64,000 bases of DNA from Syntrophorhabdaceae bacterium (GTDB lineage Bacteria; Desulfobacterota; Syntrophorhabdia; Syntrophorhabdales; Syntrophorhabdaceae): the NCBI GenBank assembly GCA_963666485.2, contig CAXXUO010000009.1:288001-352000 (forward strand), written 5' to 3'. Below are positions 19,339-34,874 of the stretch, piece by piece (positions within the stretch are counted from its first letter, which is position 1; every line of letters starts with the position of its first letter). The notes beneath the pieces were generated by a model that was not told where the DNA came from, did no database searches, and saw nothing but the letters and a program-made list of their open reading frames with translations. The translations under genes and the position numbers were made by a program.

Positions 19339-19887
19339 ATGAAGCGTATCGCATTATTGTCATTGGTGGTGGTAATGGTCCTTATTATGGCGGGATGCGC
19401 AAAGAAGCAGGTCCAGGTGGCGCCGCCCGTGACACAGACGGGACCCCAGGACAGCGCCCTGTCCGAAGAGGAAAAAAGGCGGATAGCCGAAGAAGAGCTG
19501 GCACGGGCCGAGAGAGACCGCCTCCTGCGTGAACAGGAACGGATGGCCGGCATACTGCGGGACGTGCTCTTTGATTTTGACAGCTACGCGGTAAGCCCCG
19601 CCGAACTGCCGAAGATCGAAGGTGTCGGTTCATATATGAAGCAGGAAAGAAATGTAAAAATAGTAGTGGAAGGCCATTGCGATGAGCGGGGGACCGTTGA
19701 CTACAACTTTGCCCTCGGGCAGAAAAGGGCCGAAGCGGTGAAGAGTTACCTCGTCAAGCTCGGCATCGATCCCGGCAGGGTCCGTACGATATCCTATGGC
19801 AAGGAATTGCCCCTCGAGACGGGGCAAACAGAGGATGCCTGGGCCAAGAACCGGCGGGCCCATTTCAAGATCGACCAGAAGGGGTGA
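19339..19887 (+). CDS. pal: Peptidoglycan-associated lipoprotein
   Basis: Lipobox MAGC; FDFD, EGHCDERGT..YNFALGQKRA, ISYGKE, NRRAHF. Confidence 0.95.
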   Translation: MKRIALLSLVVVMVLIMAGCAKKQVQVAPPVTQTGPQDSALSEEEKRRIAEEELARAERDRLLREQERMAGILRDVLFDFDSYAVSPAELPKIEGVGSYMKQERNVKIVVEGHCDERGTVDYNFALGQKRAEAVKSYLVKLGIDPGRVRTISYGKELPLETGQTEDAWAKNRRAHFKIDQKG

Positions 19888-19890
19888 GAG

Positions 19891-20679
19891 ATGAAACATA
19901 TTTTTAAATACTTCCTGGCCCTGCCGATCATCGGCATGATCATTCTGACCGGGTGTGTCACAACCGAGGAGGCAACGAAGATCCAGGGCAACATGAGCTC
20001 CCTCCAGGGGGACTTCTACCAGTTCAAGCAGGATACGGACGCCCGGCTTGCAAAGATAGAAAGGGAACAGGAGAACTTGAGCAAGCAGGTCGTCAACATG
20101 TATTCATCCGTCGACAGCCGCGATGAAAAGATCCGGAACATCATGGGAAAACTGGATGAGCTGGAATACCAGATCAGGACAAACCAGGCTGAATCGCGGA
20201 CAACGTCCCTGACGAAGCGCGGCACCGATCAAGGCCCGCATATAACGACAACGGCACCGGAACCGAAGGGGAAAGCTACGGCAAAGACGCCGCCGCCAAA
20301 AACGGATGAGCGTTATGAAGAAGCCTACAAGGAAGCTTTCGATAGTTTCCAGCGCGGGCAATATGAAACGGCCATATCAAAATTTACCACCTTCACCGAA
20401 ACGTACAGCGGGACGCCGCTTGCATCCAACGCATTCTACTGGATCGGCGAGTCTTACATGAACCTCAAGAACTATGACAAGGCGATACTCTATTTCCAGG
20501 AGGTCATCGACAAGTACCCGAAAAGCGAAAAGGCACCGAGGGCCCTTCTGTCGCAGGCCGAGGCGTTTCGCCTGACCAATGACAAGAAAAGCGCGACCAC
20601 CCTTCTCAAGAGGATCATAGAGCTTTATCCGAAGAGCGAAGAGGCGATCATAGCGGAGCGGAAGCTGCGCAATCCCTGA
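19891..20679 (+). CDS. cpoB: Tol-Pal system protein CpoB/YbgF
   Basis: Lipobox LTGC, coiled coil, TPRs (ASNAFYWIGESY, YPKSEKAP); follows pal. Confidence 0.88.
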   Translation: MKHIFKYFLALPIIGMIILTGCVTTEEATKIQGNMSSLQGDFYQFKQDTDARLAKIEREQENLSKQVVNMYSSVDSRDEKIRNIMGKLDELEYQIRTNQAESRTTSLTKRGTDQGPHITTTAPEPKGKATAKTPPPKTDERYEEAYKEAFDSFQRGQYETAISKFTTFTETYSGTPLASNAFYWIGESYMNLKNYDKAILYFQEVIDKYPKSEKAPRALLSQAEAFRLTNDKKSATTLLKRIIELYPKSEEAIIAERKLRNP

Positions 20680-20693
20680 TCTGATAGCTTGAA

Positions 20694-20740
20694 ATAAAAA
20701 AAATCCCTCCGGTCCAGCGGGCGCGGAGGGATTTTTTTAT
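20694..20740. terminator. Bidirectional intrinsic terminator between cpoB and rpoC
   Basis: A-tract, ATCCCTCCG...CGGAGGGAT stem, T-tract, between convergent genes. Confidence 0.85.
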
Positions 20741-20753
20741 CCTAATGAACGGA

Positions 20754-24944
<4,191 letters not shown>

Positions 24945-24961
24945 GGTTGTTCCTCCTTGTT

Positions 24962-27900
24962 CTACTCTTCTTTGAGAAGCTCGACGTCAATACACAGGCC
25001 CTGGAGCTCTTTCACAAGAACATTGAAAGACTCCGGCAGGTTCGGTTCGAGAACGTCCTCGCCCTTGACGATAGCTTCATATGCCCTGATCCTTCCGTTG
25101 ACGTCATCCGATTTGATGGTCAGGAATTCCTGGAGGGAATAGGCAGCCCCGTACCCTTCGAGGGCCCATACTTCCATCTCGCCTAACCTCTGGCCGCCGA
25201 ACTGGGCCTTACCGCCAAGGGGCTGCTGGGTCACGAGCGAATACGGACCGATCGACCTCGCGTGTATCTTGTCGTCGACCAGGTGATGGAGCTTCAGGAA
25301 ATACATGTTGCCGACAGTGATCTGGTGATGGAAGGCCTCGCCGTTCCTGCCGTCGAAGAGAGTTGTCTGCCGGGAATCCTGAAGGCCTGCCTGTTTGAAG
25401 AACTCCCTGATCTCTTCCTCTTTTGCACTGTCGAATACCGGCACTGCTATATTCACGCCTTTTTTCATTGCCTCAGCCAACGATGCCAGTTCTTCCTCGT
25501 CGAGGCGGTCAATAACGCCCTTCAGTTCATTGTTGGAAAAGGTCTTTTTCAGGATCTTCTTGACCGACTGGGCATCGTTGATCTTCTTGTAATACCCGTC
25601 AACCATTTCGCCGATCCTCTTCCCCATCTCTTTGGCCGCCCAGCCGAGGTGCGTCTCCAGGATCTGGCCCGCGTTCATACGTGAGGGAACGCCCAGAGGG
25701 TTGAGAACGATATCGATCGGGACGCCTTCTTCGGTGAACGGCATATCTTCTTCCGGCAGAATGACCGAGACGATGCCCTTGTTCCCGTGGCGGCCCGATA
25801 TCTTGTCGCCGACCGCGACCTTGCGTTTCATCGCAACGTATACCTTGATCGTCTTGATGACGCCCGGCGGCAGCTCGTCGCCTTTCTTGATCTTGTTTAT
25901 CTTGTCTTCGTAAATGATATGGATAAGCTCGACCTGGTTCTCCTTGCTCTCGACGAGCTTTTTGATCCGGGCCTCGAGGTCTTCGTTGCCGAAGTCGATC
26001 TCCTGGAGCTTATCGAAGGAAAGTGCAATGACCTTGTCACGCGTGAACGCCTCGCCTTTCTTGAGGAGGACCTTGCCCTTGCCGTCCTTGATGTCGGCCG
26101 GGGTTGTCTTGCCCTCCAGGAGGTCGGCGATCTTTGTCTTCTTGCTTTCGAGGATGATCTTTATCTGGTCTTCCTGGTCTTTCAGGATGTTCGATATCTC
26201 TTTGTCTTCGATGTCGCGGCTGCGGTCGTCCTTGTCGATACCCCTGCGGGAGAGGACCTTGACGTCGATTATGATACCCTCGATGCCGTGGGGTACCCTG
26301 AGGCTGGTATCTTTGACATCGCCGGCCTTTTCGCCAAATATTGCCCTCAAGAGCTTCTCTTCCGGGGTCAGCTGCGTTTCACCCTTCGGTGTCACTTTGC
26401 CGACGAGAATATCACTCGGCTTGACCGTCGCGCCGATCCTGACGATACCGCTTTCGTCGAGGTCCTTCAGGGCGTCATCGCCCACGTTGGGGATGTCCCG
26501 TGTCACCTCTTCCTTGCCCAATTTTGTATCGCGGACCACGCACTCGAGTTCCTCGATGTGTATCGACGTGAAAACGTCCTCTTTGACGAGCCGCTCGTTG
26601 ATGAGGACGGAGTCCTCGTAGTTGTACCCTCTCCAGGGCATAAAGGCGACCATGACGTTCTTGCCGAGAGCCAGCTCGCCCCTGTCCGTCGAAGGGCCGT
26701 CGGCGAGGACATCGCCTTTCTTCACGAAATCGCCTTCCTTGACGATGACGCGCTGGTTGATGCACGTATCCTGGTTGGAGCGCCTGAATTTCAAAAGCTT
26801 GTAAACATCTATCTTCGTCGAGGCCTCGTCGTGGCCTTTCTTTTCTTCGTATTTGAGAATGATCCGGCTGGCATCGACGCTTTCGATCACGCCGTCGTGC
26901 CGCGCCATGATAGTCACCCGCGAGTCTCTTCCGACAACCCGCTCCATGCCCGTACCAATGATCGGTGCCTCGGTAATCACGAGCGGCACCGCCTGGCGCT
27001 GCATGTTCGAGCCCATGAGGGCCCTGTTCGCGTCGTCGTGTTCCAGGAAGGGTATGAGCGCGGCGGATGCGCTGACAAGCTGTTTCGGGGAAACATCCAT
27101 GTATTCGACCTGGCCGGGGCTCACGAGATAAACGCTCCCGCCTTTCTGGGCCGGGATCAGCTCGCCGAGCAGTTTGCCGTCTTTATCGACAGGCGCGTTT
27201 GCCTGGGCAATGTAGTATTGCTCCTCTTCCATTGCGCTTAAGTAACTGACGTCGTCCGTCACTTTCTTATCGACGACCTTCCGGTAGGGGGCCTCGATAA
27301 ATCCGAACTCATTGACCTTCGCAAATGTCGACAGTGACGCGATGAGGCCGATATTGGGGCCTTCAGGTGTTTCGATCGGGCATATCCTGCCGTAGTGTGT
27401 CGGGTGGACGTCACGGACCTCAAAACCGGCTCTTTCACGCGTGAGACCGCCGGGCCCGAGGGCTGACAGCCTGCGCTTGTGCGTGATCTCGCTCAAGGGG
27501 TTCGTCTGGTCCATGAACTGCGACAGCTGGCTCGATGCAAAAAAGTCTTTGACAGCGGTCGCCACGGGCTTCGGGTTGACAAGGTCGTGCGGCATGAGCG
27601 TTTCCATTTCCGGGAAGGTCAGCCTTTCCTTGATCGCCCGTTCCATGCGGACGAGACCCATCCTGAACTGGTTCTCGAGCAGTTCGCCGACGGTGCGGAC
27701 CCTTCTGTTGCCGAGGTGGTCAATATCGTCGCCGGGGCCGCGCGCGTCTTTGAGCTTCAAGAGTTGGTGAACGACCTCGATGATGTCCTCGCGCCTCAAG
27801 ATCGTCATGTCGAGGGCGACGTCGAGCCCGAGCCGGTGATTTATCTTGAGCCTGCCAACCCGGGACAGGTCATACCTCTCCGGGCTGAAGAACATGTTCT

Positions 27901-29077
27901 GAATGAGCGTCTCTGCGAACTCGATAGTAGGCGGATCGCCGGGGCGCAGTTTCCGGTATATCTCGATCAGTGCCTCGTCTTTCGTCGAGACCTTGTCGAT
28001 GTTCAGCGTGTTGCGAAGCGACGGGCTGACGTTCAGGTTGTCAATGAACAACACCTGGAAGTTCTTCACTTTTTTCCCGATCAGCGTCTCGAGGTAGTCC
28101 GTCGTGATCTCTTTGTTGATCGGTATGAGGACCTCTTTCGTCTTGGGATCGATGATCTCGCTGGCCGTAACCTTGCCGATAAGGTCTTCCTCTTCGATAG
28201 GTATCGCGTGGATGTTGGCCTGTTCCATTTTCCGGATGACGGCCTTCGTTATCTTCTTGTGTTTCTTGACAAGGACCTCGTCGGTCTTCTCGTTGACAAT
28301 GTCCGAAGGCGCCTTCTGGCCCAGAAGAAGAGCGAGCGGGGTCTCCTTGAACAGTCTCTTGTCTTTTATGACGATCGTCTCTTTTTCGTAAAAATAATCG
28401 AGGATCTCCTTTTCAGAGTATCCCAGCGATTTGAGGAACAAAGTGACGGGTATCTTCTTTTTCTTGTCGATTCTCACGTAAACGAGCTCTTTATGGTCGA
28501 ACTCGAAATCGAGCCATGAACCGCGGTACGGTATCACGCGCGCTGTATATGAAAGGCTGCCGCCTATGGTCGTCTTGGTCTGGTCGGTGTCGAAGTAGAC
28601 ACCGGGTGAACGGTGGAGCTGGCTGACAATGACCCGCTCCGTGCCATTTATAATGAATGTGCCGCGTTCCGTCATGAGAGGGATCTCGCCAAAATACACA
28701 TCCTGCTCCTTGACGGCGCGTATGTCCTTTGCTTTCGTGTCGGGATCAATATTCCATACGACGAGCCTGATCGTAACTTTCATCGGGGCGGCGAAAGTGA
28801 GCCCCCTGAAGATGCATTCCTCCTCCGAATTTTTGGGTTCGCCCATGTCGTACTTGACGAACTCGAGGGTAGTCGTATCGTGTGCATCCCTGATCGGGAA
28901 AACACTGCTGAAAACAGCCTGTAAGCCTATTGCGTCTCTTTTTTCCGCGGGAATATCTTTCTGTAAAAATTTCTCATACGAATCAAGCTGGATCTCGATA
29001 AGGTTCGGTATCTCGAGAACCTCTTTGATCTTTCCGTAATTTTTACGGAATATCCTGTTATGGAAAGTCTCTTTCAT
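24962..29077 (-). CDS. rpoB: DNA-directed RNA polymerase beta subunit
   Basis: [42 protein letters not shown]. Confidence 0.99.
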   Translation of the reverse strand: MKETFHNRIFRKNYGKIKEVLEIPNLIEIQLDSYEKFLQKDIPAEKRDAIGLQAVFSSVFPIRDAHDTTTLEFVKYDMGEPKNSEEECIFRGLTFAAPMKVTIRLVVWNIDPDTKAKDIRAVKEQDVYFGEIPLMTERGTFIINGTERVIVSQLHRSPGVYFDTDQTKTTIGGSLSYTARVIPYRGSWLDFEFDHKELVYVRIDKKKKIPVTLFLKSLGYSEKEILDYFYEKETIVIKDKRLFKETPLALLLGQKAPSDIVNEKTDEVLVKKHKKITKAVIRKMEQANIHAIPIEEEDLIGKVTASEIIDPKTKEVLIPINKEITTDYLETLIGKKVKNFQVLFIDNLNVSPSLRNTLNIDKVSTKDEALIEIYRKLRPGDPPTIEFAETLIQNMFFSPERYDLSRVGRLKINHRLGLDVALDMTILRREDIIEVVHQLLKLKDARGPGDDIDHLGNRRVRTVGELLENQFRMGLVRMERAIKERLTFPEMETLMPHDLVNPKPVATAVKDFFASSQLSQFMDQTNPLSEITHKRRLSALGPGGLTRERAGFEVRDVHPTHYGRICPIETPEGPNIGLIASLSTFAKVNEFGFIEAPYRKVVDKKVTDDVSYLSAMEEEQYYIAQANAPVDKDGKLLGELIPAQKGGSVYLVSPGQVEYMDVSPKQLVSASAALIPFLEHDDANRALMGSNMQRQAVPLVITEAPIIGTGMERVVGRDSRVTIMARHDGVIESVDASRIILKYEEKKGHDEASTKIDVYKLLKFRRSNQDTCINQRVIVKEGDFVKKGDVLADGPSTDRGELALGKNVMVAFMPWRGYNYEDSVLINERLVKEDVFTSIHIEELECVVRDTKLGKEEVTRDIPNVGDDALKDLDESGIVRIGATVKPSDILVGKVTPKGETQLTPEEKLLRAIFGEKAGDVKDTSLRVPHGIEGIIIDVKVLSRRGIDKDDRSRDIEDKEISNILKDQEDQIKIILESKKTKIADLLEGKTTPADIKDGKGKVLLKKGEAFTRDKVIALSFDKLQEIDFGNEDLEARIKKLVESKENQVELIHIIYEDKINKIKKGDELPPGVIKTIKVYVAMKRKVAVGDKISGRHGNKGIVSVILPEEDMPFTEEGVPIDIVLNPLGVPSRMNAGQILETHLGWAAKEMGKRIGEMVDGYYKKINDAQSVKKILKKTFSNNELKGVIDRLDEEELASLAEAMKKGVNIAVPVFDSAKEEEIREFFKQAGLQDSRQTTLFDGRNGEAFHHQITVGNMYFLKLHHLVDDKIHARSIGPYSLVTQQPLGGKAQFGGQRLGEMEVWALEGYGAAYSLQEFLTIKSDDVNGRIRAYEAIVKGEDVLEPNLPESFNVLVKELQGLCIDVELLKEE

Positions 29078-29112
29078 AAATTTATCTCACCTCATTTGGG
29101 TGTTAAAAGCGT

Positions 29113-29160
29113 AAAGACAGGGATCCAGTGCGAGCTTCACCAGCGAAGCACTGGACCCCT
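29113..29160 (-). terminator. rplL-rpoB intergenic attenuator/terminator-like hairpin
   Basis: Minus strand AGGGGTCCAGTGC...GCACTGGATCCCT followed by GTCTTT. Confidence 0.6.
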
Positions 29161-29183
29161 CTCTTTGTACAGCAATTTTCTTA

Positions 29184-29576
29184 TTAATCAACCTTAACCT
29201 GTCCGCTGACTTCTTCCAGCTGTTTCTTGATGTTCGCAGCTTCGTCTTTGGATACAGCTTCTTTAACCGCTTTCGGTACTCCTTCTACGAGATCTTTCGC
29301 TTCCTTGAGTCCAAGTCCGGTGATCGCGCGGACGACCTTGATGACCTGGATCTTCTTGTCTGCTTCGTAACCCGTAAGCGTTACGTTGAACTCGGTCTTC
29401 TCTTCGACAGCTTCCGCTGCAGGGGCCGCTGCCGCGCCGGCGCCTGCTCCAGCCGCCATCATCGGCATTGCTGCCTGTACGCCGAACTTATCTTCCAATT
29501 CCTTCACGAACTCGGAGAGTTCGAGCACTGTCATATTCTCGATGAAACTGATAACTTCTTCACGTGAAATTGCCAT
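29184..29576 (-). CDS. rplL: 50S ribosomal protein L7/L12
   Basis: [30 protein letters not shown]. Confidence 0.98.
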   Translation of the reverse strand: MAISREEVISFIENMTVLELSEFVKELEDKFGVQAAMPMMAAGAGAGAAAAPAAEAVEEKTEFNVTLTGYEADKKIQVIKVVRAITGLGLKEAKDLVEGVPKAVKEAVSKDEAANIKKQLEEVSGQVKVD

Positions 29577-29592
29577 GTATATGATCCTCCTT

Positions 29593-30114
29593 TTATGCTT
29601 GTTCTTTTTGCGCCTTGATGGAATTTAAAACGAGCATGAGCTTGTTCAAATTTCCCGACAGGGCGTAGACGAGACGGGTCGGCTGACCCTTGAGAAGCCC
29701 GACCAATTTGCCGAGCAGGATATCCCGTGACGGAAGGGTCGAGAGTTTCTGGATCTCTTCCGCGGTGATCGTACGATCACCGATATATCCTGCCTTCATT
29801 TTCAGGTTGGGCATTTCTTTGGCCAGACCGGCAATCACCTTCGCGGGGCCGATCGGGTCCGCGTTGGTACAAATGATCGCATTAGGACCGTCGAATTTGT
29901 CGTAAAGAGCTTCGGCTTTTGTACCTTTGGATGCAATCCTGAGAAGAGTGTTCTTGACGACGGTGAAATCCGTGCCAACATTGCGTAGCTCTCGTCTCAG
30001 TTTTGTTACCTGGGCTACGTTCATGCCGCTGAAGTCTGCCAGAAAAAGGCAGTCGAGCTCTTTTAACTTCGACTCTAATTCTTCAACAACCTTTGTTTTC
30101 TTTTGCCGTTCCAA
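29593..30114 (-). CDS. rplJ: 50S ribosomal protein L10
   Basis: [22 protein letters not shown]; between rplA and rplL. Confidence 0.96.
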   Translation of the reverse strand: MERQKKTKVVEELESKLKELDCLFLADFSGMNVAQVTKLRRELRNVGTDFTVVKNTLLRIASKGTKAEALYDKFDGPNAIICTNADPIGPAKVIAGLAKEMPNLKMKAGYIGDRTITAEEIQKLSTLPSRDILLGKLVGLLKGQPTRLVYALSGNLNKLMLVLNSIKAQKEQA

Positions 30115-30175
30115 TGGTGTTTATCCCTCCTTTCTCTAGAATATGTATGGAAAGTCAGGGGAGAGACCATGCTAC

Positions 30176-30250
30176 GAAAAGCCTCGGCAGGCCGTTCCAA
30201 CGCTTAAGCGGCGCATCGATAAAAGCGCCACACCTGCTTTCTCTGACCTT
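30176..30250 (-). ncRNA. L10 ribosomal protein leader (autoregulatory RNA)
   Basis: Minus strand GTCAGAGAAAGCAGG...TTAA...CCTGCCGAGG upstream of rplJ, matching the typical L10 leader layout. Confidence 0.75.
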
Positions 30251-30254
30251 TTCC

Positions 30255-30956
30255 CTATTTCGTCAAGCTTCGTGCATAAGAAGGATCGACTTTTATACCC
30301 GGGCTCATGGTGGTACTAATCGCCATGCCTTTTACATACGTTCCTTTGCTTGTCGGTGGTTTTAGCCTGATAACCGCATCGAGGAGTGAATTGAGATTTT
30401 CAATGAGTTTCTCTTTCCCGAAACTGATCTTCCCTACAGGCACATGGAGGTTCCCTGCCTTGTCAACCCGGAATTCTACGCGGCCGGCCTTCATTTCCTT
30501 GACTGTTTTGGCTATCTCGAAAGTGACTGTGCCGACCTTCGGGTTAGGCATAAGGCCCCGAGGCCCGAGGATCTTACCTAATTTACTGACCATACCCATG
30601 ACATCAGGGGTTGCGATCGCCTTGTCGAAATCCATCCATCCTTTCTGGATCTTCTCGATAAGGTCTTCACCGCCAACCGTATCCGCTCCGGCTTCCTGGG
30701 CTTCTTTTTCTTTTTCACCCTTTGCGAAAACCAGCACGCGGACCGATTTGCCAAGTCCGTGGGGCAGCGCTACGGAACCGCGGACCATCTGATCTGCATG
30801 ACGAGGGTCAACACCGAGCCTGAGTGCAAGTTCGACGGTCTCGTCAAATTTCGCAAAACAGATCTGGGGCAGCAGTTCCAATGCTTCGTCCATTTCATAC
30901 CGTTTTTCGCGATCGATTTTCTTTCTCGCTTCGACATATTTTTTTGCAAGTGCCAT
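30255..30956 (-). CDS. rplA: 50S ribosomal protein L1
   Basis: [36 protein letters not shown]. Confidence 0.98.
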   Translation of the reverse strand: MALAKKYVEARKKIDREKRYEMDEALELLPQICFAKFDETVELALRLGVDPRHADQMVRGSVALPHGLGKSVRVLVFAKGEKEKEAQEAGADTVGGEDLIEKIQKGWMDFDKAIATPDVMGMVSKLGKILGPRGLMPNPKVGTVTFEIAKTVKEMKAGRVEFRVDKAGNLHVPVGKISFGKEKLIENLNSLLDAVIRLKPPTSKGTYVKGMAISTTMSPGIKVDPSYARSLTK

Positions 30957-31024
30957 TTTACAATCACCTCATGTTAGATACGCCAACATGCTGTCGTGAA
31001 CATGCCAGGCGCTTTGGTTACGTT

Positions 31025-31453
31025 CTATCCTTCTACGACCTCGAGGCCCATGCTGCGCACGGAACCCTCGATGATCTTTATCGCCCCATCGATATCCTTC
31101 GCATTGAGATCGACCATTTTGAGCTGTGCGATCTCTTTTACCGAGGACTTCGTTATGGATCCGACCGTTTCCTTCTTGGGATTATTGGAGCCTTTTGCCA
31201 GTTTTGCAGCCTTTTTAATAAGAAATGACGCAGGCGGTGTCTTCGTGACAAAGGTGAAGGTCCTGTCGGAGAAGATGGTGATCAGTGCCGGGATGATCGT
31301 GCCTTCCTGGCTTTTTGTCCTTTCATTGAAAGCCTTACAGAACTCCATGATATTGACGCCATGCTGACCAAGCGCGGGGCCCACCGGCGGTGACGGGGTG
31401 GCCTGACCGGCCTGGAGCTGGAGTTTTACCAATGCGATAACTTTCTTTGCCAT
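31025..31453 (-). CDS. rplK: 50S ribosomal protein L11
   Basis: [26 protein letters not shown]. Confidence 0.98.
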   Translation of the reverse strand: MAKKVIALVKLQLQAGQATPSPPVGPALGQHGVNIMEFCKAFNERTKSQEGTIIPALITIFSDRTFTFVTKTPPASFLIKKAAKLAKGSNNPKKETVGSITKSSVKEIAQLKMVDLNAKDIDGAIKIIEGSVRSMGLEVVEG

Positions 31454-31466
31454 TTCTTATGCTCCT

Positions 31467-32000
31467 TCAAATTTTCTCTATCTGTATAAAATCAAGTTCA
31501 ACAGGTGTTGTCCTGCCAAAGATGTTGAGCAGGACCTTGACCTTGCCCTTCTCCGGTTTTATCTCTTCGACATTACCGGTGAAATTGGTGAACGGTCCCT
31601 CGGTGACCTTGATGCCGTCGCCTTTTTCGAACCTGATCTTGGGCTTGATCTTTCCTTTGCCTTCCTGGATCGCATTGATAATATCGTTGACTTCCTTCTC
31701 CGGAAGGGCCGGGGGGTTCATCTTGTCGTACCCGACAAAACCCGTTACTTTCGGGGTATTGCGCACGAAATGCCACGTCGTGTCGTTCATGACCATGTTG
31801 ACGATGATATATCCCGGGAAAACCGTCCTCTGCGACTTCTTCACCTGCCCCTTGACCTTCTCCATGATGATCTCGGACGGGACGATGATGTCGCCGAAAT
31901 ACTCCTCCATTTTCGTGATCTTGATGTTCTCTTCCAACATCTCCTTCACTTTCTGTTCGTATCCCGAATAGGTGTGGACAACATACCATTTTTTATCCAT
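31467..32000 (-). CDS. nusG: Transcription termination/antitermination factor NusG
   Basis: WYVVHTYSGYE, FPGYI, KOW GPFTNFTG, IFGRTTPVEL. Confidence 0.98.
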   Translation of the reverse strand: MDKKWYVVHTYSGYEQKVKEMLEENIKITKMEEYFGDIIVPSEIIMEKVKGQVKKSQRTVFPGYIIVNMVMNDTTWHFVRNTPKVTGFVGYDKMNPPALPEKEVNDIINAIQEGKGKIKPKIRFEKGDGIKVTEGPFTNFTGNVEEIKPEKGKVKVLLNIFGRTTPVELDFIQIEKI

Positions 32001-32018
32001 TGGGTTTTCCGTCGTTCC

Positions 32019-32219
32019 TTATCGTATGATGGCCTGGATAATCTTGGACAGGCCGATGTCGACTATGCCAAGAAAGAGCGATGCGATGACCACTGTTATG
32101 AGGACAATGTATGTGCCTTTCATGGCATCCTTGCGCGATGGCCAGGTTACCCTTTTACCTTCGTGATACACTTCCCGGAAGTAATCTTTTATAGGTTCAA
32201 GTTTCTCTTTGAAATCCAT
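32019..32219 (-). CDS. secE: Preprotein translocase subunit SecE
   Basis: EGKRVTWPSR plus one TM helix; upstream of nusG. Confidence 0.95.
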   Translation of the reverse strand: MDFKEKLEPIKDYFREVYHEGKRVTWPSRKDAMKGTYIVLITVVIASLFLGIVDIGLSKIIQAIIR

Positions 32220-32237
32220 TTATCACCATAAATTTAA

Positions 32238-32311
32238 CAGGCCAGGAGGGATTCGAACCCCCAACACCCGGATTTGGAGTCCGGTGCTCTATCCGTTAGA
32301 GCTACTGGCCT
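32238..32311 (-). tRNA. tRNA-Trp(CCA), 3' CCA not encoded
   Basis: AGGCCAGTAGCTC...CTCCAAA...GGTTCGAATCC...GGCCTG cloverleaf. Confidence 0.95.
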
Positions 32312-32320
32312 TTTGTATGC

Positions 32321-32470
32321 CTATTTTGTCTCCTTATGGCTTGTGTGTTTCCTGCACGCGTAGCAGTATTTCTTCAGTTCAAGCCTGTCGGGAGTCTTCT
32401 GTTTGTTCTTCGTTGTCGTGTAATTTCGTCTCTTGCATTCCCCGCAAGCCAATATCACAAGTTGCCGCAT
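32321..32470 (-). CDS. rpmG: 50S ribosomal protein L33 (zinc-ribbon type)
   Basis: 49 aa, too short for the ORF track: [49 protein letters not shown]. Confidence 0.96.
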   Translation of the reverse strand: MRQLVILACGECKRRNYTTTKNKQKTPDRLELKKYCYACRKHTSHKETK

Positions 32471-32482
32471 TGTAATTCCCCT

Positions 32483-33682
32483 TTATTCGATTATCTCGGT
32501 GACGACGCCGGCACCGACCGTCTTGCCGCCCTCGCGGATGGCAAACCTCAGCTCCTTCTCGAGCGCGATGGGTGTGACGAGCTCAACGGAGAGCGTCACG
32601 TTGTCGCCGGGCATGACCATCTCGACGCCGTCGGGGAGCTTCGCCACGCCGGTGACGTCCGTTGTCCGCAGGTAGAACTGGGGACGGTAGCCGGAGAAGA
32701 ACGGCGTGTGGCGGCCGCCCTCTTCCTTCGTCAGGATGTAGACCTCGCCCTTGAACTTCGTGTGGGGCGTGATGGAGCCGGGCTTCGCGACGACCTGGCC
32801 GCGCTCGACCTCGTCCTTCTTCGTGCCACGGAGCAGCAGGCCGACGTTGTCGCCCGCCATACCGGAGTCGAGGATCTTTCTGAACATCTCGACGGAGGTG
32901 GTGACGGTCTTCTGGGTGGGACGGAAGCCGATGATCTCGACCTCGTCGCCGGGCTTCACGACGCCCCTCTCTATCCTTCCCGTTACGACCGTGCCGCGGC
33001 CGGAGATCGTGAAGACGTCCTCGACGGGCATGAGGAAGGGCTTGTCCGTGTCGCGGGCGGGCTCGGGTATATAGGAGTCGACCGCATCGAGGAGCTCGTA
33101 GATGCTCTTGCAGTCAGGGCAGTTCGGGTCCCCGCAGCCGTGCTCCAAGGCCTTTAAGGCCGATCCCTTGATGATGGGGATGTCGTCGCCGGGGAACTCG
33201 TACTGGGTTAAGAGCTCACGGAGCTCCATCTCGACGAGCTCGATGAGCTCGGGGTCGTCGACCATGTCCGTCTTGTTGAGGTAGACGACCATGGAGGGCA
33301 CGCCGACCTGGCGGGCAAGGAGTATGTGCTCACGGGTCTGGGGCATGGGGCCGTCGTTGGCTCCCACGACCAGGATAGCGCCGTCCATCTGGGCGGCACC
33401 CGTGATCATGTTCTTGATATAGTCGGCATGGCCCGGGCAGTCCACGTGCGCGTAGTGGCGGTTGGCCGTCTCGTACTCGACGTGGGCGGTGGCGATCGTG
33501 ATGCCCCTTTCCTTCTCCTCGGGCGCCTTGTCGATCTGGTCGAACGGGATCCACTCGGCCTGGCCCTTGTTCGCGAGGCAGCGGGTGATGGCGCTCGTCA
33601 GGGTGGTCTTCCCGTGATCTATATGGCCGATGGTTCCTATGTTGACATGTGGTTTCGTCCGTTCAAACTTTTTCTTACCCAT
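32483..33682 (-). CDS. tuf: Elongation factor Tu
   Basis: [29 protein letters not shown]. Confidence 0.99.
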   Translation of the reverse strand: MGKKKFERTKPHVNIGTIGHIDHGKTTLTSAITRCLANKGQAEWIPFDQIDKAPEEKERGITIATAHVEYETANRHYAHVDCPGHADYIKNMITGAAQMDGAILVVGANDGPMPQTREHILLARQVGVPSMVVYLNKTDMVDDPELIELVEMELRELLTQYEFPGDDIPIIKGSALKALEHGCGDPNCPDCKSIYELLDAVDSYIPEPARDTDKPFLMPVEDVFTISGRGTVVTGRIERGVVKPGDEVEIIGFRPTQKTVTTSVEMFRKILDSGMAGDNVGLLLRGTKKDEVERGQVVAKPGSITPHTKFKGEVYILTKEEGGRHTPFFSGYRPQFYLRTTDVTGVAKLPDGVEMVMPGDNVTLSVELVTPIALEKELRFAIREGGKTVGAGVVTEIIE

Positions 33683-33706
33683 ACTGGACCTCCGTGATAT
33701 TTTTTA

Positions 33707-33782
33707 TGGAGCCCATGAGCGGGATTGAACCGCTGACCTCATCCTTACCAAGGATGTGCTCTGCCGACTGAGCTACATGGGC
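33707..33782 (-). tRNA. tRNA-Thr(GGT)
   Basis: GCCCATGTAGCTCAG...CTTGGTAA...GGGCTCCA, 76 nt. Confidence 0.96.
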
Positions 33783-33984
33783 ACCAACCAAAAGGATATA
33801 TCCCAAGTCGTGCACTTTCAGGCAGAAACAACTCCCCACCCGCTTTTTTTCTTACTTTTCAGCGGGCAACGATCGTTCCGCCCATAATTCAAGGGGCATA
33901 CGCCCCGGTATACTCAACCTTACGAAACGGGAATCAACCGTCTCGCGCTTTCTTCTGGAGCGGGCATCTTCACCCGCGACTTTT

Positions 33985-34061
33985 TGGAGCGGGAAACGGG
34001 ACTCGAACCCGCGACCCTCAGCTTGGAAGGCTGATGCTCTAACCAACTGAGCTACTCCCGC
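33985..34061 (-). tRNA. tRNA-Gly(TCC)
   Basis: GCGGGAGTAGCTCAG...CTTCCAA...CCCGCTCCA, 77 nt. Confidence 0.96.
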
Positions 34062-34100
34062 ATATATCTTTATGAGCCTTAAGCCAAGGCTCGTTTTTTA

Positions 34101-34185
34101 TGGTGGAGAGGGGTGGGATCGAACCACCGAAGGCTTCGCCAACAGATTTACAGTCTGCCCCCTTTGGCCGCTCGGGAACCTCTCC
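34101..34185 (-). tRNA. tRNA-Tyr(GTA)
   Basis: GGAGAGGTTCCCGAGCGG...CTGTAAA...CTCTCCACCA with long variable arm, 85 nt. Confidence 0.96.
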
Positions 34186-34191
34186 GTATAT

Positions 34192-34264
34192 AGCTGGTGA
34201 TGGGACTCGAACCCGCAACCTGCTGATTACAAATCAGCTGCTCTGCCGATTGAGCTACACCAGC
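34192..34264 (-). tRNA. tRNA-Thr(TGT), 3' CCA not encoded
   Basis: GCTGGTGTAGCTCAA...TTTGTAA...CACCAGCT, 73 nt. Confidence 0.95.
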
Positions 34265-34273
34265 AAAATAGTT

Positions 34274-34303
34274 ATTATACTACAAGAATCGTGCCAAAAT
34301 CAA
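34274..34303 (-). promoter_or_regulatory. Putative sigma70 promoter of the tRNA-tuf operon
   Basis: TTGATT-N18-TATAAT ending 9 nt before tRNA-Thr(TGT). Confidence 0.6.
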
Positions 34304-34475
34304 CATGAAGTTCCTTACGAATAAACATAATGTATTAAAATATTTTGGCGGGCGATGTCAACATATTCCTTGCACTATTGTACCATAATCTGCCGTACTC
34401 AATATAGCATATTGACAAAGGAACCTGAAATGTAGTTACATAATACGCTTTTATCATTTAGGAGGTGATGCTGTT

Positions 34476-34760
34476 ATGGTATGCGCAACATTGAAACCGG
34501 GTATCGAGTGCCTGTTCATGAAGAAAGCAGGATGTTCATACAGCGGAGGGAAGTGCTTTACGGTCGTCGAGAACTGCGATGGCTGCACCAGGGTCGTCGT
34601 ATTTGAAACGGGAAGTTATTGCTCAAGTTTTCCCTCTCCTGCCCAGAAATGGCAGAAGGGCAACTGCCCGATGTCAACCCACGTAAAGAAAGCGGTTGCA
34701 AAAGAAGAGCAGAAGATCAACCCGCTGAAGGCATCAAAAAGGGCCGCCGGCAAGAAATAA
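34476..34760 (+). CDS. PxxKW family cysteine-rich protein
   Basis: Eight Cys, PAQKW motif, C-terminal KINPLKASKR, AGGAGGT RBS. Confidence 0.85.
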   Translation: MVCATLKPGIECLFMKKAGCSYSGGKCFTVVENCDGCTRVVVFETGSYCSSFPSPAQKWQKGNCPMSTHVKKAVAKEEQKINPLKASKRAAGKK

Positions 34761-34874
34761 CGGCGCAAACAGGCCGCAGGGGCGGGATTTACAATACAAT
34801 CGTGCAGAACTATTTGACTTTCCCATCTTAAGGATGGTAAAACAGACGCACGTTTTTAACAGGAGGGCAATCTT

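Noticed and set aside
19885..19893. In-frame TGA between pal and cpoB as read-through or selenocysteine
   Set aside because: cpoB has its own start and signal peptide, Pal ends at its normal position and no SECIS-like hairpin was recognised.
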